A DNA stretch of 53,244 bases from a virus (IMGVR_UViG_3300027734_000097:1-53244), one strand, 5' to 3'. Positions 18,362-27,837 are shown, counted from the first letter of the stretch. The notes: generated by a model from the sequence alone, not told the origin. Translations and numbers: made by a program.

Positions 18362-21300
18362 ATGTCATTACTATCACGTCTTGCCGTTACAGCTGCTAGG
18401 GCTTATGGTAAATTTGCTGGGGGCGGTGGAACTCCTGCCACAGTGTCTGCTAGTTATTTAGTTGTAGCTGGTGGTGGTGCTGGTGCTGGATATAGTGGTG
18501 GTGGTGGAGCTGGAGGTCTTTTAACATCTACAACTACACTATCAACAGCTTCTTCTTATGTTATTACTGTAGGTGCGGGTGGTGCTGGCACGGGTAGTGG
18601 GCAAGGTCCTAGTGGAACTAATTCAGTATTTTCGTCTATTGCAACTGCTCTAGGTGGTGGGGGCGGTGGTGGATATAATGGTTTAAATGGTACCCCTGGA
18701 GGTTCTGGCGGCGGAGGAGGTACTGGAGTCCCTTCACCGGGTAGTGGCGGTACTGGTACAGCTGGTCAAGGTAATAATGGAGGCGCTGCTGGAGCTTATG
18801 CTGGAGCTCCTGGTTCTGGCGGCGGTGGTGGAGGAGCTAGTGCTGTCGGCGGAAATGCTTCTACATATGCATCAGCTGGTAATGGCGGCGCTGGTACTGC
18901 ATCTTCTATTTCTGGTTCATCAGTAACTTATGCTGGCGGTGGCGGTGGTGGGTGTGGATATTCTGCAGGTACAGCAGGTACTGGAGGTTCAGGAGGTGGC
19001 GGTAATGGATGTGGCCCTTCTACTCCTAGTTTTGCTACAAGCGGAACTGCTAACTTAGGTGGTGGCGGAGGAGGTTCTGGATATATAGGTGGATTCTCTG
19101 GTTCAGGCGGTTCAGGCGTAGTCATTGTTTCATATACTGCATCAACTGCATATTTCACAGGTGGCACAGTCACATCATCTGGCGGCAAAATAATTCATAC
19201 ATTTATTCAATCAGACGTACTTAGCCCATTAACAGGCACATTACAAGCATCATACCTAGTCGTAGCTGGAGGCGGCGGTGGAGGTTCTGCTCAAGGCGGT
19301 GGAGGTGGCGCGGGTGGCTTATTAACTGCAGGATTTTCATTAAATAAATCTTTATCATATACAATTCAAGTCGGTGCTGGTGGTACTGGCAGTACAGCTG
19401 GAACTACAGCTTATAATATAGTAGGCGGAAATTCATCTATAGCTGATAGTTTAGGATTGACTACTATTACAGCTTATGGCGGAGGAAAAGGTGCTAATGA
19501 TGTTGCTGGTGCTACTGGTAATGCTGCTAATGGTGGATCAGGTGGTGGTGCTGCAGGAAATAATACTCAACAAGGTAATGGCACTCCAGGACAAGGCTAT
19601 AATGGTGGATGGTCATCGAGCACAACTTATGGTGGTGGTGGGGGTGGAGCAAGTGCTGCAGGATCAACTGGCGCAACTTCAGGAGGTAATGGTGGAGCGG
19701 GCACTGCATCTTCAATTATAGGTTCATCTGTAACCTATGCTGGCGGCGGCGGCGGCGGATCAAATGGTGGAACTGCAGGCACGGGTGGAACTGGTGGCGG
19801 TGCAAATGGATCTTCTACATATACAGTTACTCCTACAGCTGCTCCTGCTAACTTAGGCGGTGGTGGTGGCGGTGGCGGCGGTGGGGGACCTGTTGGAGGC
19901 GCTGGTGGCGCTGGTGGTTCTGGTATTGTTATTATTTCATATCCAGGCTCTCAAGTATTTACAGGCGGTACAGTTACATCATCTGGTGGAAACACAATTC
20001 ACTCATTTACATCTTCAAGTATGTTAGTACCTACTGCAAATTATTTATCAGGTCAATATTTAGTTGTAGCAGGCGGTGGCGGTGGTGGTAGAGATGGCGG
20101 TGGCGGTGGTGGCGCTGGTGGATTGTTAACTAATACATCTACTACAATTGATTCTACAGCTACTTATACTATTATTGTAGGTGCTGGTGGTAATGGAGTC
20201 TCTCTTAGCAATATTTATCCAAATAATGGAAGCAATTCATCTTTTGGTGCTTTTACTGCTACAGGTGGTGGAGGTGGTGGAGGTGGCGGAACTGCTCCAT
20301 ATCAACCAGGATTAAATGGAGGATCTGGCGGAGGTGCATCTGGATCTAGTGGTACTAGTTATTTGGGCGGATCTGGAATTGCTGGACAAGGTAATAATGG
20401 TGGTGGGTCAAATGGTGCTACTAATGGGGGTGGCGGTGGTGGTGGATCTAGTGCTGCTGGTGGAACTAATACAGGAGGCCCAAGTGCTACTGGTACAGGC
20501 GGTGCAGGTACAGCATCTTCAATCACAGGATCTAGTGTAACTTATGCAGGTGGTGGCGGAGGTGGATCAAGAGCTGCTGCCGTATCTACAGGAGGTTCTG
20601 GAGGTGGCGGTAATGGTGCTGGCGCTAGTGCACCATATCCATCTACAGCAGGAACTGCTAATACTGGCGGAGGAGGTGGAGCTGGTAGCGCATCATTTGG
20701 AAATGGTCAAAATGGCGGTTCAGGTATTGTTATTGTCCGCTATACATCAGGTACACAAAAATTTACAGGTGGTACGGTAACTACTTCAGGTGGTGACTAT
20801 ATTCACTCATTTACAACATCAAGCCAATTAGTACCTACTGCAAATGCTTTAGCGGCGCAATATTTAGTTGTAGCTGGCGGCGGTGGCGGTGGTGGATCAG
20901 AAGGCGGAGGTGGTGGCGCTGGCGGACTATTATACAATACAACTTCTACTATCGACACTACTATTTCTTATGCGGTTGTAGTTGGTGGTGGTGGAACTGC
21001 AGGTGCTGGCGGAAACTCTGGATATAGAGGAGGAAATGGAGGTAGTTCTCAATTTGGTTCTATTATCGCTTTAGGTGGTGGAGGTGGAGGTGGTAATGAT
21101 ACCCCTGACAATCCTGGTGCTACTGGTGGTTCAGGTGGTGGTGGTGCTTCAGCTAGTGGAACTGCTGGATTAGGTACAGCAGGTCAAGGTTACAATGGCG
21201 GCGCTGGTGCTAGTGCACCTAATTATTCAGGCGGTGGCGGTGGCGGTGCTAGTGCTGCTGGTACTTCTGGTACAACTACGGTAGCGGGTCCTGGTGGTGC

Positions 21301-22441
21301 AGGATCAACAATATCTATATCAGGATCAGGACTTAATTATGCTGGTGGTGGTGGTGGATCTACATATAATGGCGGTACTGCCGGTGGTGGTGGTTTAGGT
21401 GGTGGTGGCGCTGGTGGTACTGCGCCAAGCCCTGTAGGAGAGGCAGGATCCGCTAATAGAGGTAGTGGTGGCGGTGGCGGTTATGCTCCAGCTTCTGCTC
21501 CTTATTATCCAGGTGGTACAGGTGGATCAGGTATTGTTATTGTTCGTTATACATCTGCATCTGCTAAATTTACTGGTGGTACTATCACAACATCTGGCGG
21601 TGACCAAATTCATACATTTACTTCATCTGGCGTATTAGCACCTAATACTGGTACATATCAAGCTACATATTTAGTGGTTGCCGGTGGTGGATCTGGGGGT
21701 AATACATATGGCGGTGGCGGTGGAGCTGGTGGATATGTAGCAGGCACTACTTATTTAACATCAGGTATATATTATGGTGTTGTAATTGGGGCTGGAGCAA
21801 GTATAGTAACTGCTCAATATGCAGCTGGACTTAATGGATCAAATTCATCTTTAGGCAATATTATTGCTATAGGTGGCGGTGCTGGTGGTGGTAATTTAAG
21901 TGCTGGAAATGTTACAGGTGCTGCATATGGTGGTTCAGGCGGTGGCGGTGGTGGTAAAGGAGATTACAGTTATCCTGGTGCTCAAGGTTCACCGGGTCAA
22001 GGTTATGCAGGTGGAAATGGAAGTACAAGCACTGCAGCAGGTGGTGGTGGTGGTTCAAGTGCTGTAGGAAGTAATGGATCAAGTACAACAGGAGGCGCTG
22101 GAGGAGCAGGTACAGCTAACTCAATTACAGGATCATCAGTAACTTATGCTGGTGGAGGTGGTGGATGTGGTACAGGTACCGGAGGTTCTGGCGGGTCAGG
22201 CGGTGGTGGTGGCGGCGGTACAGGTTCTACTGTTCCAGGTACTGCAGGTACTGCTAATAGAGGTGGCGGTGGAGGTGGAGGTACAGGTTCTTATGGCGGC
22301 GCAGGTGGATCAGGATTAGTTATTCTTTCTATCCCAACTGCTAACTATAATGCTGCTAATGCAGGTGGTGCTCCAACAATCACTACAAACGGATCTAATA
22401 CTGTGCTAACATTTAATGCATCAGGTTGGTATAAAGCTTAA
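18362..22441 (+). CDS. Glycine-rich tail fibre/receptor-binding protein with five tandem domains
   Basis: Five units starting YLVVAGGG (~18455, 19253, 20057, 20861, 21668), each ending GGSG(I/V/L)V(I/V)...; polyglycine runs. Confidence 0.85.
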   Translation: MSLLSRLAVTAARAYGKFAGGGGTPATVSASYLVVAGGGAGAGYSGGGGAGGLLTSTTTLSTASSYVITVGAGGAGTGSGQGPSGTNSVFSSIATALGGGGGGGYNGLNGTPGGSGGGGGTGVPSPGSGGTGTAGQGNNGGAAGAYAGAPGSGGGGGGASAVGGNASTYASAGNGGAGTASSISGSSVTYAGGGGGGCGYSAGTAGTGGSGGGGNGCGPSTPSFATSGTANLGGGGGGSGYIGGFSGSGGSGVVIVSYTASTAYFTGGTVTSSGGKIIHTFIQSDVLSPLTGTLQASYLVVAGGGGGGSAQGGGGGAGGLLTAGFSLNKSLSYTIQVGAGGTGSTAGTTAYNIVGGNSSIADSLGLTTITAYGGGKGANDVAGATGNAANGGSGGGAAGNNTQQGNGTPGQGYNGGWSSSTTYGGGGGGASAAGSTGATSGGNGGAGTASSIIGSSVTYAGGGGGGSNGGTAGTGGTGGGANGSSTYTVTPTAAPANLGGGGGGGGGGGPVGGAGGAGGSGIVIISYPGSQVFTGGTVTSSGGNTIHSFTSSSMLVPTANYLSGQYLVVAGGGGGGRDGGGGGGAGGLLTNTSTTIDSTATYTIIVGAGGNGVSLSNIYPNNGSNSSFGAFTATGGGGGGGGGTAPYQPGLNGGSGGGASGSSGTSYLGGSGIAGQGNNGGGSNGATNGGGGGGGSSAAGGTNTGGPSATGTGGAGTASSITGSSVTYAGGGGGGSRAAAVSTGGSGGGGNGAGASAPYPSTAGTANTGGGGGAGSASFGNGQNGGSGIVIVRYTSGTQKFTGGTVTTSGGDYIHSFTTSSQLVPTANALAAQYLVVAGGGGGGGSEGGGGGAGGLLYNTTSTIDTTISYAVVVGGGGTAGAGGNSGYRGGNGGSSQFGSIIALGGGGGGGNDTPDNPGATGGSGGGGASASGTAGLGTAGQGYNGGAGASAPNYSGGGGGGASAAGTSGTTTVAGPGGAGSTISISGSGLNYAGGGGGSTYNGGTAGGGGLGGGGAGGTAPSPVGEAGSANRGSGGGGGYAPASAPYYPGGTGGSGIVIVRYTSASAKFTGGTITTSGGDQIHTFTSSGVLAPNTGTYQATYLVVAGGGSGGNTYGGGGGAGGYVAGTTYLTSGIYYGVVIGAGASIVTAQYAAGLNGSNSSLGNIIAIGGGAGGGNLSAGNVTGAAYGGSGGGGGGKGDYSYPGAQGSPGQGYAGGNGSTSTAAGGGGGSSAVGSNGSSTTGGAGGAGTANSITGSSVTYAGGGGGCGTGTGGSGGSGGGGGGGTGSTVPGTAGTANRGGGGGGGTGSYGGAGGSGLVILSIPTANYNAANAGGAPTITTNGSNTVLTFNASGWYKA

Positions 22442-22465
22442 ATAATTTTTAACAAGGAGAAGTAA

Positions 22466-22825
22466 ATGTCACATTTTGCAAAAGTAGAAAACGGAGTTGT
22501 AACGCAAGTAATCGTTGCTGAACACTCTTTCATTAGTAGTGGAGTTGTAGGTAATCCAGGTGATTGGGTTCAAACATCTTACAATACTGCCGCAGGCGAA
22601 CACAAACTAGGTGGTACACCATTACGTGGTAACTACGCTGGTATTGGTCATATCTATGATAAAGACAAAGATGTATTCTATGCACCTCAACCATTCGCTT
22701 CATGGACTTTAAATGAAACTACATGGACTTGGGAAGCACCTAGTGCGATGCCTACTGATGATAAAAGATATACTTGGGATGAAGCAACAACATCTTGGGT
22801 TGAAGCACCAGCTCTAGCAGTTTAA
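22466..22825 (+). CDS. Tail-fibre-associated protein (putative assembly chaperone)
   Basis: MSHFAKV...VIVA, WVQTSYN, LRGNYAGIG, FYAPQPFASW motifs, a type commonly found after glycine-rich fibres. Confidence 0.75.
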   Translation: MSHFAKVENGVVTQVIVAEHSFISSGVVGNPGDWVQTSYNTAAGEHKLGGTPLRGNYAGIGHIYDKDKDVFYAPQPFASWTLNETTWTWEAPSAMPTDDKRYTWDEATTSWVEAPALAV

Positions 22826-22833
22826 AGTAAGTC

Positions 22834-23301
22834 ATGAAATATTTACTAAGTGCTTTGTTAGCCTTAGTTTTGATGGGGTGTACTATGTACACTTGGGCTG
22901 ACACAACGATCATACAAAATAAAGGTATGCCGGTACAAAGTGCTATGGCGCCTAGTATGTCTGCGTTCTCACAAGATGTTTGTGCGGTTCCTATAAGTGG
23001 AGCTGGTAACTTCGGTGTAGTATCCCTATCGGGCGGCACTGTGGTACTAGATCAAAACTGCGTCAAAATTAAGTTAGCTAAAACATTAAACGATTTAGGA
23101 CTTAAAGTAGCTGCAGTATCTGTGTTATGCCAAGATCCTACTGTGTGGGATGCTATGGAGATGTCAGGTTCACCTTGTCCTATGGGCGGTGCTGTAGGTG
23201 CAGCTGCTAAGAAAGCATGGTTCACTAAGTATCCAGAAAGATTTAAAAAATTATATGGCGAGGATTATAATATTCCTGCTTTGCCTCCTACTAAGGAATA
23301 A
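22834..23301 (+). CDS. Exported Cys-containing protein (signal peptide or lipoprotein)
   Basis: MKYLLSALLALVLMGC N-terminus; SAMAPS...DVC...DQNCVKIKLAKTL...GLKVAAVSVLCQD...GSPCP. Confidence 0.75.
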   Translation: MKYLLSALLALVLMGCTMYTWADTTIIQNKGMPVQSAMAPSMSAFSQDVCAVPISGAGNFGVVSLSGGTVVLDQNCVKIKLAKTLNDLGLKVAAVSVLCQDPTVWDAMEMSGSPCPMGGAVGAAAKKAWFTKYPERFKKLYGEDYNIPALPPTKE

Positions 23302-24298
23302 TGCGTATGCTTGGTATTGTAACTACGTTCCGCAACAAGGTACAGGCTATGTTACAAACCTTGTCTGCAATGGTATCGACAATCAAAGCGCCTTGTCTCA
23401 AGCTTGGTGCCCTACGCACCCTAATGATCCCATATGTGGATTTTATTACCAACCAGTTTGCCAAAATCAAACAGAGTATCAGTCACTTGGTTGCTTACCT
23501 CATTTCTCAGGTGCTATTAATCAAAGTAGGTCTTATGCTTGTACTTCACAAAGTTGGACAGCTTGGACAACAACTTCTGATAACTGTACGCCAGATCCTC
23601 CAACGTGCATACAAAGCACTGAAACGAGAACACTAGCATGCCAAGCTGGTTACGAGGGATTATTACAAGAACAAAGAAGTTCGATTTGCTCGGATCCATA
23701 TGGTTCTCCAACTTGGACCACTTGGTTGGAAATATACAATACTTGCAAGATGACAGCGACGAATATAAACAATCCAACATCTCCAATCAGTCCAATCAGT
23801 CCAACGAATCCAAACAGTGTGATAAGTCAACAAGTCACAACTGCGCCAATCATTCAACCAGAATCTGTAACTGTATCGGACATAACTGCGTTGACACCGA
23901 CAGTGACGGAAACACCAGCTACTTCGGTAGCCACAGTAAAAAGCGAGGTAAGTGGAACGACATCTGCACCAAGCCCTGCAAGTACTACGACGACGTCGGG
24001 TACAGATAAAAAAGATACACCCAAAGGGGTCGATATCCCTAAGGGTAAAGATATAGTACCAGGCTTTGGCATCGTCATGTCAATGCAGCTTTTAAATCAG
24101 GGATATAACCTGCAACAAGAACAAATGAAAGAATATATTAATTTAATACAGGAACAAGAATATGGACAACAACAAAACATACTCCTTGAATTTATCAGCG
24201 CAAATGATATTGGGGATCGCCTGTTCAATACTAGTGCCATTAGGTGGCGCAGTATACTACGGGATAACCCTCTTCAACGATTTGACCTCGACGATTGA
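23255..24298 (+). CDS. Exported Cys-rich protein with P/T/S-rich linker
   Basis: Signal peptide MARIIIFLLCLLLRNNAYA (start moved from 23198); two C..TE...L.C...G...Q.RS..C...WT.W....C repeats; long Thr/Ser/Pro stalk. Confidence 0.7.
   Translation: MARIIIFLLCLLLRNNAYAWYCNYVPQQGTGYVTNLVCNGIDNQSALSQAWCPTHPNDPICGFYYQPVCQNQTEYQSLGCLPHFSGAINQSRSYACTSQSWTAWTTTSDNCTPDPPTCIQSTETRTLACQAGYEGLLQEQRSSICSDPYGSPTWTTWLEIYNTCKMTATNINNPTSPISPISPTNPNSVISQQVTTAPIIQPESVTVSDITALTPTVTETPATSVATVKSEVSGTTSAPSPASTTTTSGTDKKDTPKGVDIPKGKDIVPGFGIVMSMQLLNQGYNLQQEQMKEYINLIQEQEYGQQQNILLEFISANDIGDRLFNTSAIRWRSILRDNPLQRFDLDD
23301..23636 (+). CDS. Possible overprinted amphipathic-helix protein nested in 23255..24298
   Basis: TAATG-coupled to the stop of 22834..23301 with AAGGA directly upstream; 111 codons open in an alternative frame. 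Confidence 0.4.
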   Translation: MRMLGIVTTFRNKVQAMLQTLSAMVSTIKAPCLKLGALRTLMIPYVDFITNQFAKIKQSISHLVAYLISQVLLIKVGLMLVLHKVGQLGQQLLITVRQILQRAYKALKREH

Positions 24299-24557
24299 GG
24301 AAGTAAAAAGAATGAGTGGTGTGGAAACTCGCATCATAGTTTTAGAAGATAGATCTAAATCAACTGAACGTCAATTAGTAGATGTCATGATGTCAAACAA
24401 TCGTGCATTAGAAAAAGCTAACGAAGCTTATGGTAAAGCTATTGAAGCAAACAGTGTTGCTAAAGGTACTGCGGATAAAGTGGTAGACACAGTTGCTAAT
24501 GTTAAAGACGAAATGAAACAACTACGAAAGGCAATGGTTAATCCATTGAATAACTAA
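24162..24557 (+). CDS. Membrane-anchored coiled-coil protein
   Basis: N-terminal TM helix (MILGIACSILVPLGGAVYYGI) followed by heptad repeats; ends NPLNN. Confidence 0.75.
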   Translation: MDNNKTYSLNLSAQMILGIACSILVPLGGAVYYGITLFNDLTSTIEEVKRMSGVETRIIVLEDRSKSTERQLVDVMMSNNRALEKANEAYGKAIEANSVAKGTADKVVDTVANVKDEMKQLRKAMVNPLNN

Positions 24558-24558
24558 T

Positions 24559-25044
24559 ATGCTATCCATCCTCTCCTCGATTCTCGGCTTCGCAACTGCG
24601 GGGCTACCGTCTATACTAGGTTTCTTCCAGCAAAAGGGAGATCAGGCTCACGAACGTGAAATGGCTCAATTACAAAATCAACAACAAATGGCTATGGCTG
24701 AAAAGGGCTTCATTGCTCAAGAAAAAATAGCCGCTATTGAATTGGAGGGTACTTATGCAGAAACATTTACTCAAGAACGTCAAGCACTATATGAACACGA
24801 TGCAAAACTTGTTCACGATGCAGCACCCTGGGTTAGAACTCTTAATGCAAGTGTCCGTCCTATTGTTGCTTTCACTTTTGTAGGCTTACTACTATTTGTA
24901 GATATTGGTGGATTTATCTGGGCTGTTAAGACTGTAGGGTTTAGTGGAGAAGCTATGGATATTATATTTTCAACTGATGAGATGGCAATTGTAGCTTCTA
25001 TTATTGGATTCTACTTTGGTGCTAGAACTTGGGAAAAGAAATAA
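24559..25044 (+). CDS. Holin (3TM/GTA-holin-like)
   Basis: Hydrophobic N-terminus, VRP motif before a TM helix, C-terminal IIGFYFGAR; directly upstream of the lysozyme. Confidence 0.75.
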   Translation: MLSILSSILGFATAGLPSILGFFQQKGDQAHEREMAQLQNQQQMAMAEKGFIAQEKIAAIELEGTYAETFTQERQALYEHDAKLVHDAAPWVRTLNASVRPIVAFTFVGLLLFVDIGGFIWAVKTVGFSGEAMDIIFSTDEMAIVASIIGFYFGARTWEKK

Positions 25045-25494
25045 GTGAATGTATCAAAAGCTGGCATCGCTCTTATTAAACATCATGAAGGTGTGCGTAA
25101 TCGTCCCTACCGTTGTCCTGCTAACCTGTTCACTGTGGGCGTTGGTCATCTTATCGGGGATGGTAAATCATTGCCTGAATCTTGGAACCGCACTTTTACA
25201 AATGAGGAAATAGATGGACTTCTTAAATCCGACCTACGTCGCTTCGAACTGGGAATATCTAAGATGTTACCTAACGTGCCTCTTCGACAGTGTGAATTCG
25301 ATTGCTTGGTTTCTTTTGCCTTTAACCTTGGCTTGGGTACATTTCAGCGATCAACACTCCGTCAAGCGCTTCTTCGCGGAGATAAAAAGGCGGCTATGGA
25401 ATCGTTAGTGAAATATTGTCGTGCAGGTGGTAAAATACTCAAAGGTCTACAAACTCGTAGATTAGATGAGAAAGCACTCTTTGAAGGTAAATAA
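25045..25494 (+). CDS. Endolysin, GH24 phage lysozyme
   Basis: LIKHHEG...PYRC...TVGVGH catalytic region, FDCLVSFAFNLG, GLQTRRLDEKALF. Confidence 0.93.
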   Translation: MNVSKAGIALIKHHEGVRNRPYRCPANLFTVGVGHLIGDGKSLPESWNRTFTNEEIDGLLKSDLRRFELGISKMLPNVPLRQCEFDCLVSFAFNLGLGTFQRSTLRQALLRGDKKAAMESLVKYCRAGGKILKGLQTRRLDEKALFEGK

Positions 25495-27434
25495 TGCCAT
25501 TAAGTAAACTAATTTTTAAACCAGGAGTTAACCGAGATCAAACTAACTACGCTTCAGAAGGTGGCTGGTATGAAACTCAATGGGTACGATTCCGTTCAGG
25601 TTTTCCAGAAAAGATGGGTGGTTGGACTCCTAAAAACTTAACTGCTTATAACGGAGCTGCTCGAAGTCTTTTTTCTTGGAGTACTACAGATAGTAATATC
25701 TTATTAGGTATTGGCACAGATACTAAAATGTATGTGGGTGCAGGTACTAGCATATATGATATTACGCCTATACGAGCTACTTTTACTTCCCCTGCTACAA
25801 ATAACTGCATAAGCACAACTACTGGGTCTAAAGTTATTACAGTAACTATTGCTGGTTATGGCGGTATTACAGGAGACTTTGTAACAATAAGTGGAGTAAC
25901 AGGTAATCCTGGCGGAGTTCCCAACGCAGAATTCAATAAAGAACAAGAAATAACTTATGTAGACGCAAATAATTTTACTTTCACAGTTACTACTGCCGCT
26001 ACAAGTACTACGTCAAGTCAAGGTGGCACAGCTATTGTTGCTGCGTTTCAAATTAATGTAGGATATACAACATCCACTGCAGGTTATGGCTGGGGTACAA
26101 GTACATGGGGTAGACTTACTTGGGGTTCTGGTTCTACTAGTGCTGTGTATTTCCCCGCGCGTTTAATATTCCAAGACAAATTTAATAATGATTTAATATT
26201 TAACATACAAGGCAGCTACATTTATTATTGGCAATATACAAGTGCATTTAATACTCGTGCTGTATTACTATCTGATATATCAGGTGCTGTTGCGGTACCT
26301 CAACAAGTAGGTAAAATCTTATTTGCACCTAGTGGACATCTATTAGCTTTTGCATGTACTAACTATGATGCTTCTGCTTCAGGCCCTAATTATCTAGGAG
26401 CCTATGATCCACTTCTTATTCGTTGGGCAAACGTCGACCCTGATATTGGTCCTGACCCACTTAACTGGCAACCTACTTTAACTAATTCTGCTGGGTATTT
26501 AAGACTTTCTGTAGGTTCTAGAATTGTTACTGCAATAAGAAGTAAGCAAGAAATACTTGTTTGGACAGACGTATCATTATCTTCATTACAATTTTTAGGT
26601 ACATCAGAAGTATTTGGTCTACAAGAAGTTTCTTCAGCCACTACTATATTTGGATCTAACACCGTCATAGCTGCTAACAACGTGGTTTACTGGATGGGTA
26701 ATGATAAGTTCTATACATACTCAGGTCGCGTAGATACCTTACCTTGTACACTACGTCAATACATCTTTAATGATATTAATAGAACACAACAAGGTATTTT
26801 CTTTGCAGGACAAAACGGAGAATTCAGTGAAGTGATTTGGTTCTACTGTTCTGAAGCTTCAAGTGAAATTGATCGCTATGTTATCTATAACTACTCAGAA
26901 AATATTTGGTATTATGGTAGCTTAGAAAGAACTGCGTGGATTGATACAGGCGTGATTGATTATCCTGTTGCTGCTAAAGATGGTTATGTTTATTTACAAG
27001 AATATGGTATTAATGATGGTCAACCAAATAATGCGGCGCCATTACCTATTCCAGCATACATACAATCAGCAGACATAGATATTGAAGACGGTGATAAATA
27101 TATGCTTATACGTCGTGTTATCCCTGATGTGAACTTTAATAATTCAGAAACAACTAATCCTGTAACGGGTGCTCCGATTGTACCAGAAGTCACTATGACG
27201 GTAGGTGTTCGTAATTTCCCAGGCGCTGCATCATCAACTACAAATGCAGAGGGTGAAACTACAGCTAAAGACGTTGTGACATCAACAGCAACCATAGATC
27301 AATATACAAACCAAGTATTTATTAGAGCACGTGGTCGCCAAATGAATTTTAAAATTAGTTCTAACGATGTGGGTACTCAGTGGCAACTTGGTATGCCTCG
27401 TGTTGATGCAAGGCCTGATGGACTAAGAAGCTAA
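25494..27434 (+). CDS. Tail hub/nozzle protein (P22 gp10/T7 gp12-like)
   Basis: 646 aa beta-rich; VRFRSGFPEKMGGW, LLIRWA, VYWMG, RARGRQM, DARPDG motifs; precedes the internal proteins. Confidence 0.7.
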   Translation: MPLSKLIFKPGVNRDQTNYASEGGWYETQWVRFRSGFPEKMGGWTPKNLTAYNGAARSLFSWSTTDSNILLGIGTDTKMYVGAGTSIYDITPIRATFTSPATNNCISTTTGSKVITVTIAGYGGITGDFVTISGVTGNPGGVPNAEFNKEQEITYVDANNFTFTVTTAATSTTSSQGGTAIVAAFQINVGYTTSTAGYGWGTSTWGRLTWGSGSTSAVYFPARLIFQDKFNNDLIFNIQGSYIYYWQYTSAFNTRAVLLSDISGAVAVPQQVGKILFAPSGHLLAFACTNYDASASGPNYLGAYDPLLIRWANVDPDIGPDPLNWQPTLTNSAGYLRLSVGSRIVTAIRSKQEILVWTDVSLSSLQFLGTSEVFGLQEVSSATTIFGSNTVIAANNVVYWMGNDKFYTYSGRVDTLPCTLRQYIFNDINRTQQGIFFAGQNGEFSEVIWFYCSEASSEIDRYVIYNYSENIWYYGSLERTAWIDTGVIDYPVAAKDGYVYLQEYGINDGQPNNAAPLPIPAYIQSADIDIEDGDKYMLIRRVIPDVNFNNSETTNPVTGAPIVPEVTMTVGVRNFPGAASSTTNAEGETTAKDVVTSTATIDQYTNQVFIRARGRQMNFKISSNDVGTQWQLGMPRVDARPDGLRS

Positions 27435-27436
27435 AA

Positions 27437-27793
27437 ATGGCATTACAACTATTTGCCCCACCGGTACTGCCGATAGCACCAAGTGAGTATAACCCTGAAT
27501 ATCTTAATCAACTTATACGGGCACTTAATGTATATTTAAAACAAGTAGGTTCTACAACGCCTATTGTAGTAGATGAGTTGACATTGTTAGCATTACCCAC
27601 AAGTCCAGTAGGATTAAGACCAGGAACTGTATGGAACGATGGTGGTACATTAAAAATTGTATTAAGTAACACGATTTTAGTAGCGGGAGCATCGTTAGGT
27701 ATTGTAGGTAGAACTCCTTCATTAGATAACATTGCACCACCAGTAAAAACAGTTAGTTTAATAGGCATAGCGCCTACAATTACAGTAGCATAA
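27437..27793 (+). CDS. Small tail protein (needle/plug-like position)
   Basis: LPIAPSEYNPEYLNQLIRALNVY followed by LPTSPVGLRPGTVWNDGGTLKIV. Confidence 0.65.
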   Translation: MALQLFAPPVLPIAPSEYNPEYLNQLIRALNVYLKQVGSTTPIVVDELTLLALPTSPVGLRPGTVWNDGGTLKIVLSNTILVAGASLGIVGRTPSLDNIAPPVKTVSLIGIAPTITVA

Positions 27794-27806
27794 GGCATCA
27801 GAAACA

Positions 27807-27815
27807 TGATATTAT
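27807..27815 (+). promoter_or_regulatory. Possible extended -10 promoter before the internal-protein genes
   Basis: TGATATTAT (TGn + TATTAT) in one of the few intergenic gaps; no clear -35. Confidence 0.3.
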
Positions 27816-27837
27816 TAGATAAATTCAAGGACTCCGT

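Noticed and set aside
18687-20780. Short alternative-frame ORFs inside the glycine-rich fibre
   Set aside because: Val/Leu/Glu-rich by-products of GGT/GGC/GGA repeats that lack stops in the shifted frame.
18362-22441. Diversity-generating retroelement or CRISPR-like array in the repeated fibre gene
   Set aside because: The repeats are in-frame protein domains diverged at all bases; no reverse transcriptase, no adenine-specific template/variable pair, no repeat-spacer pattern.
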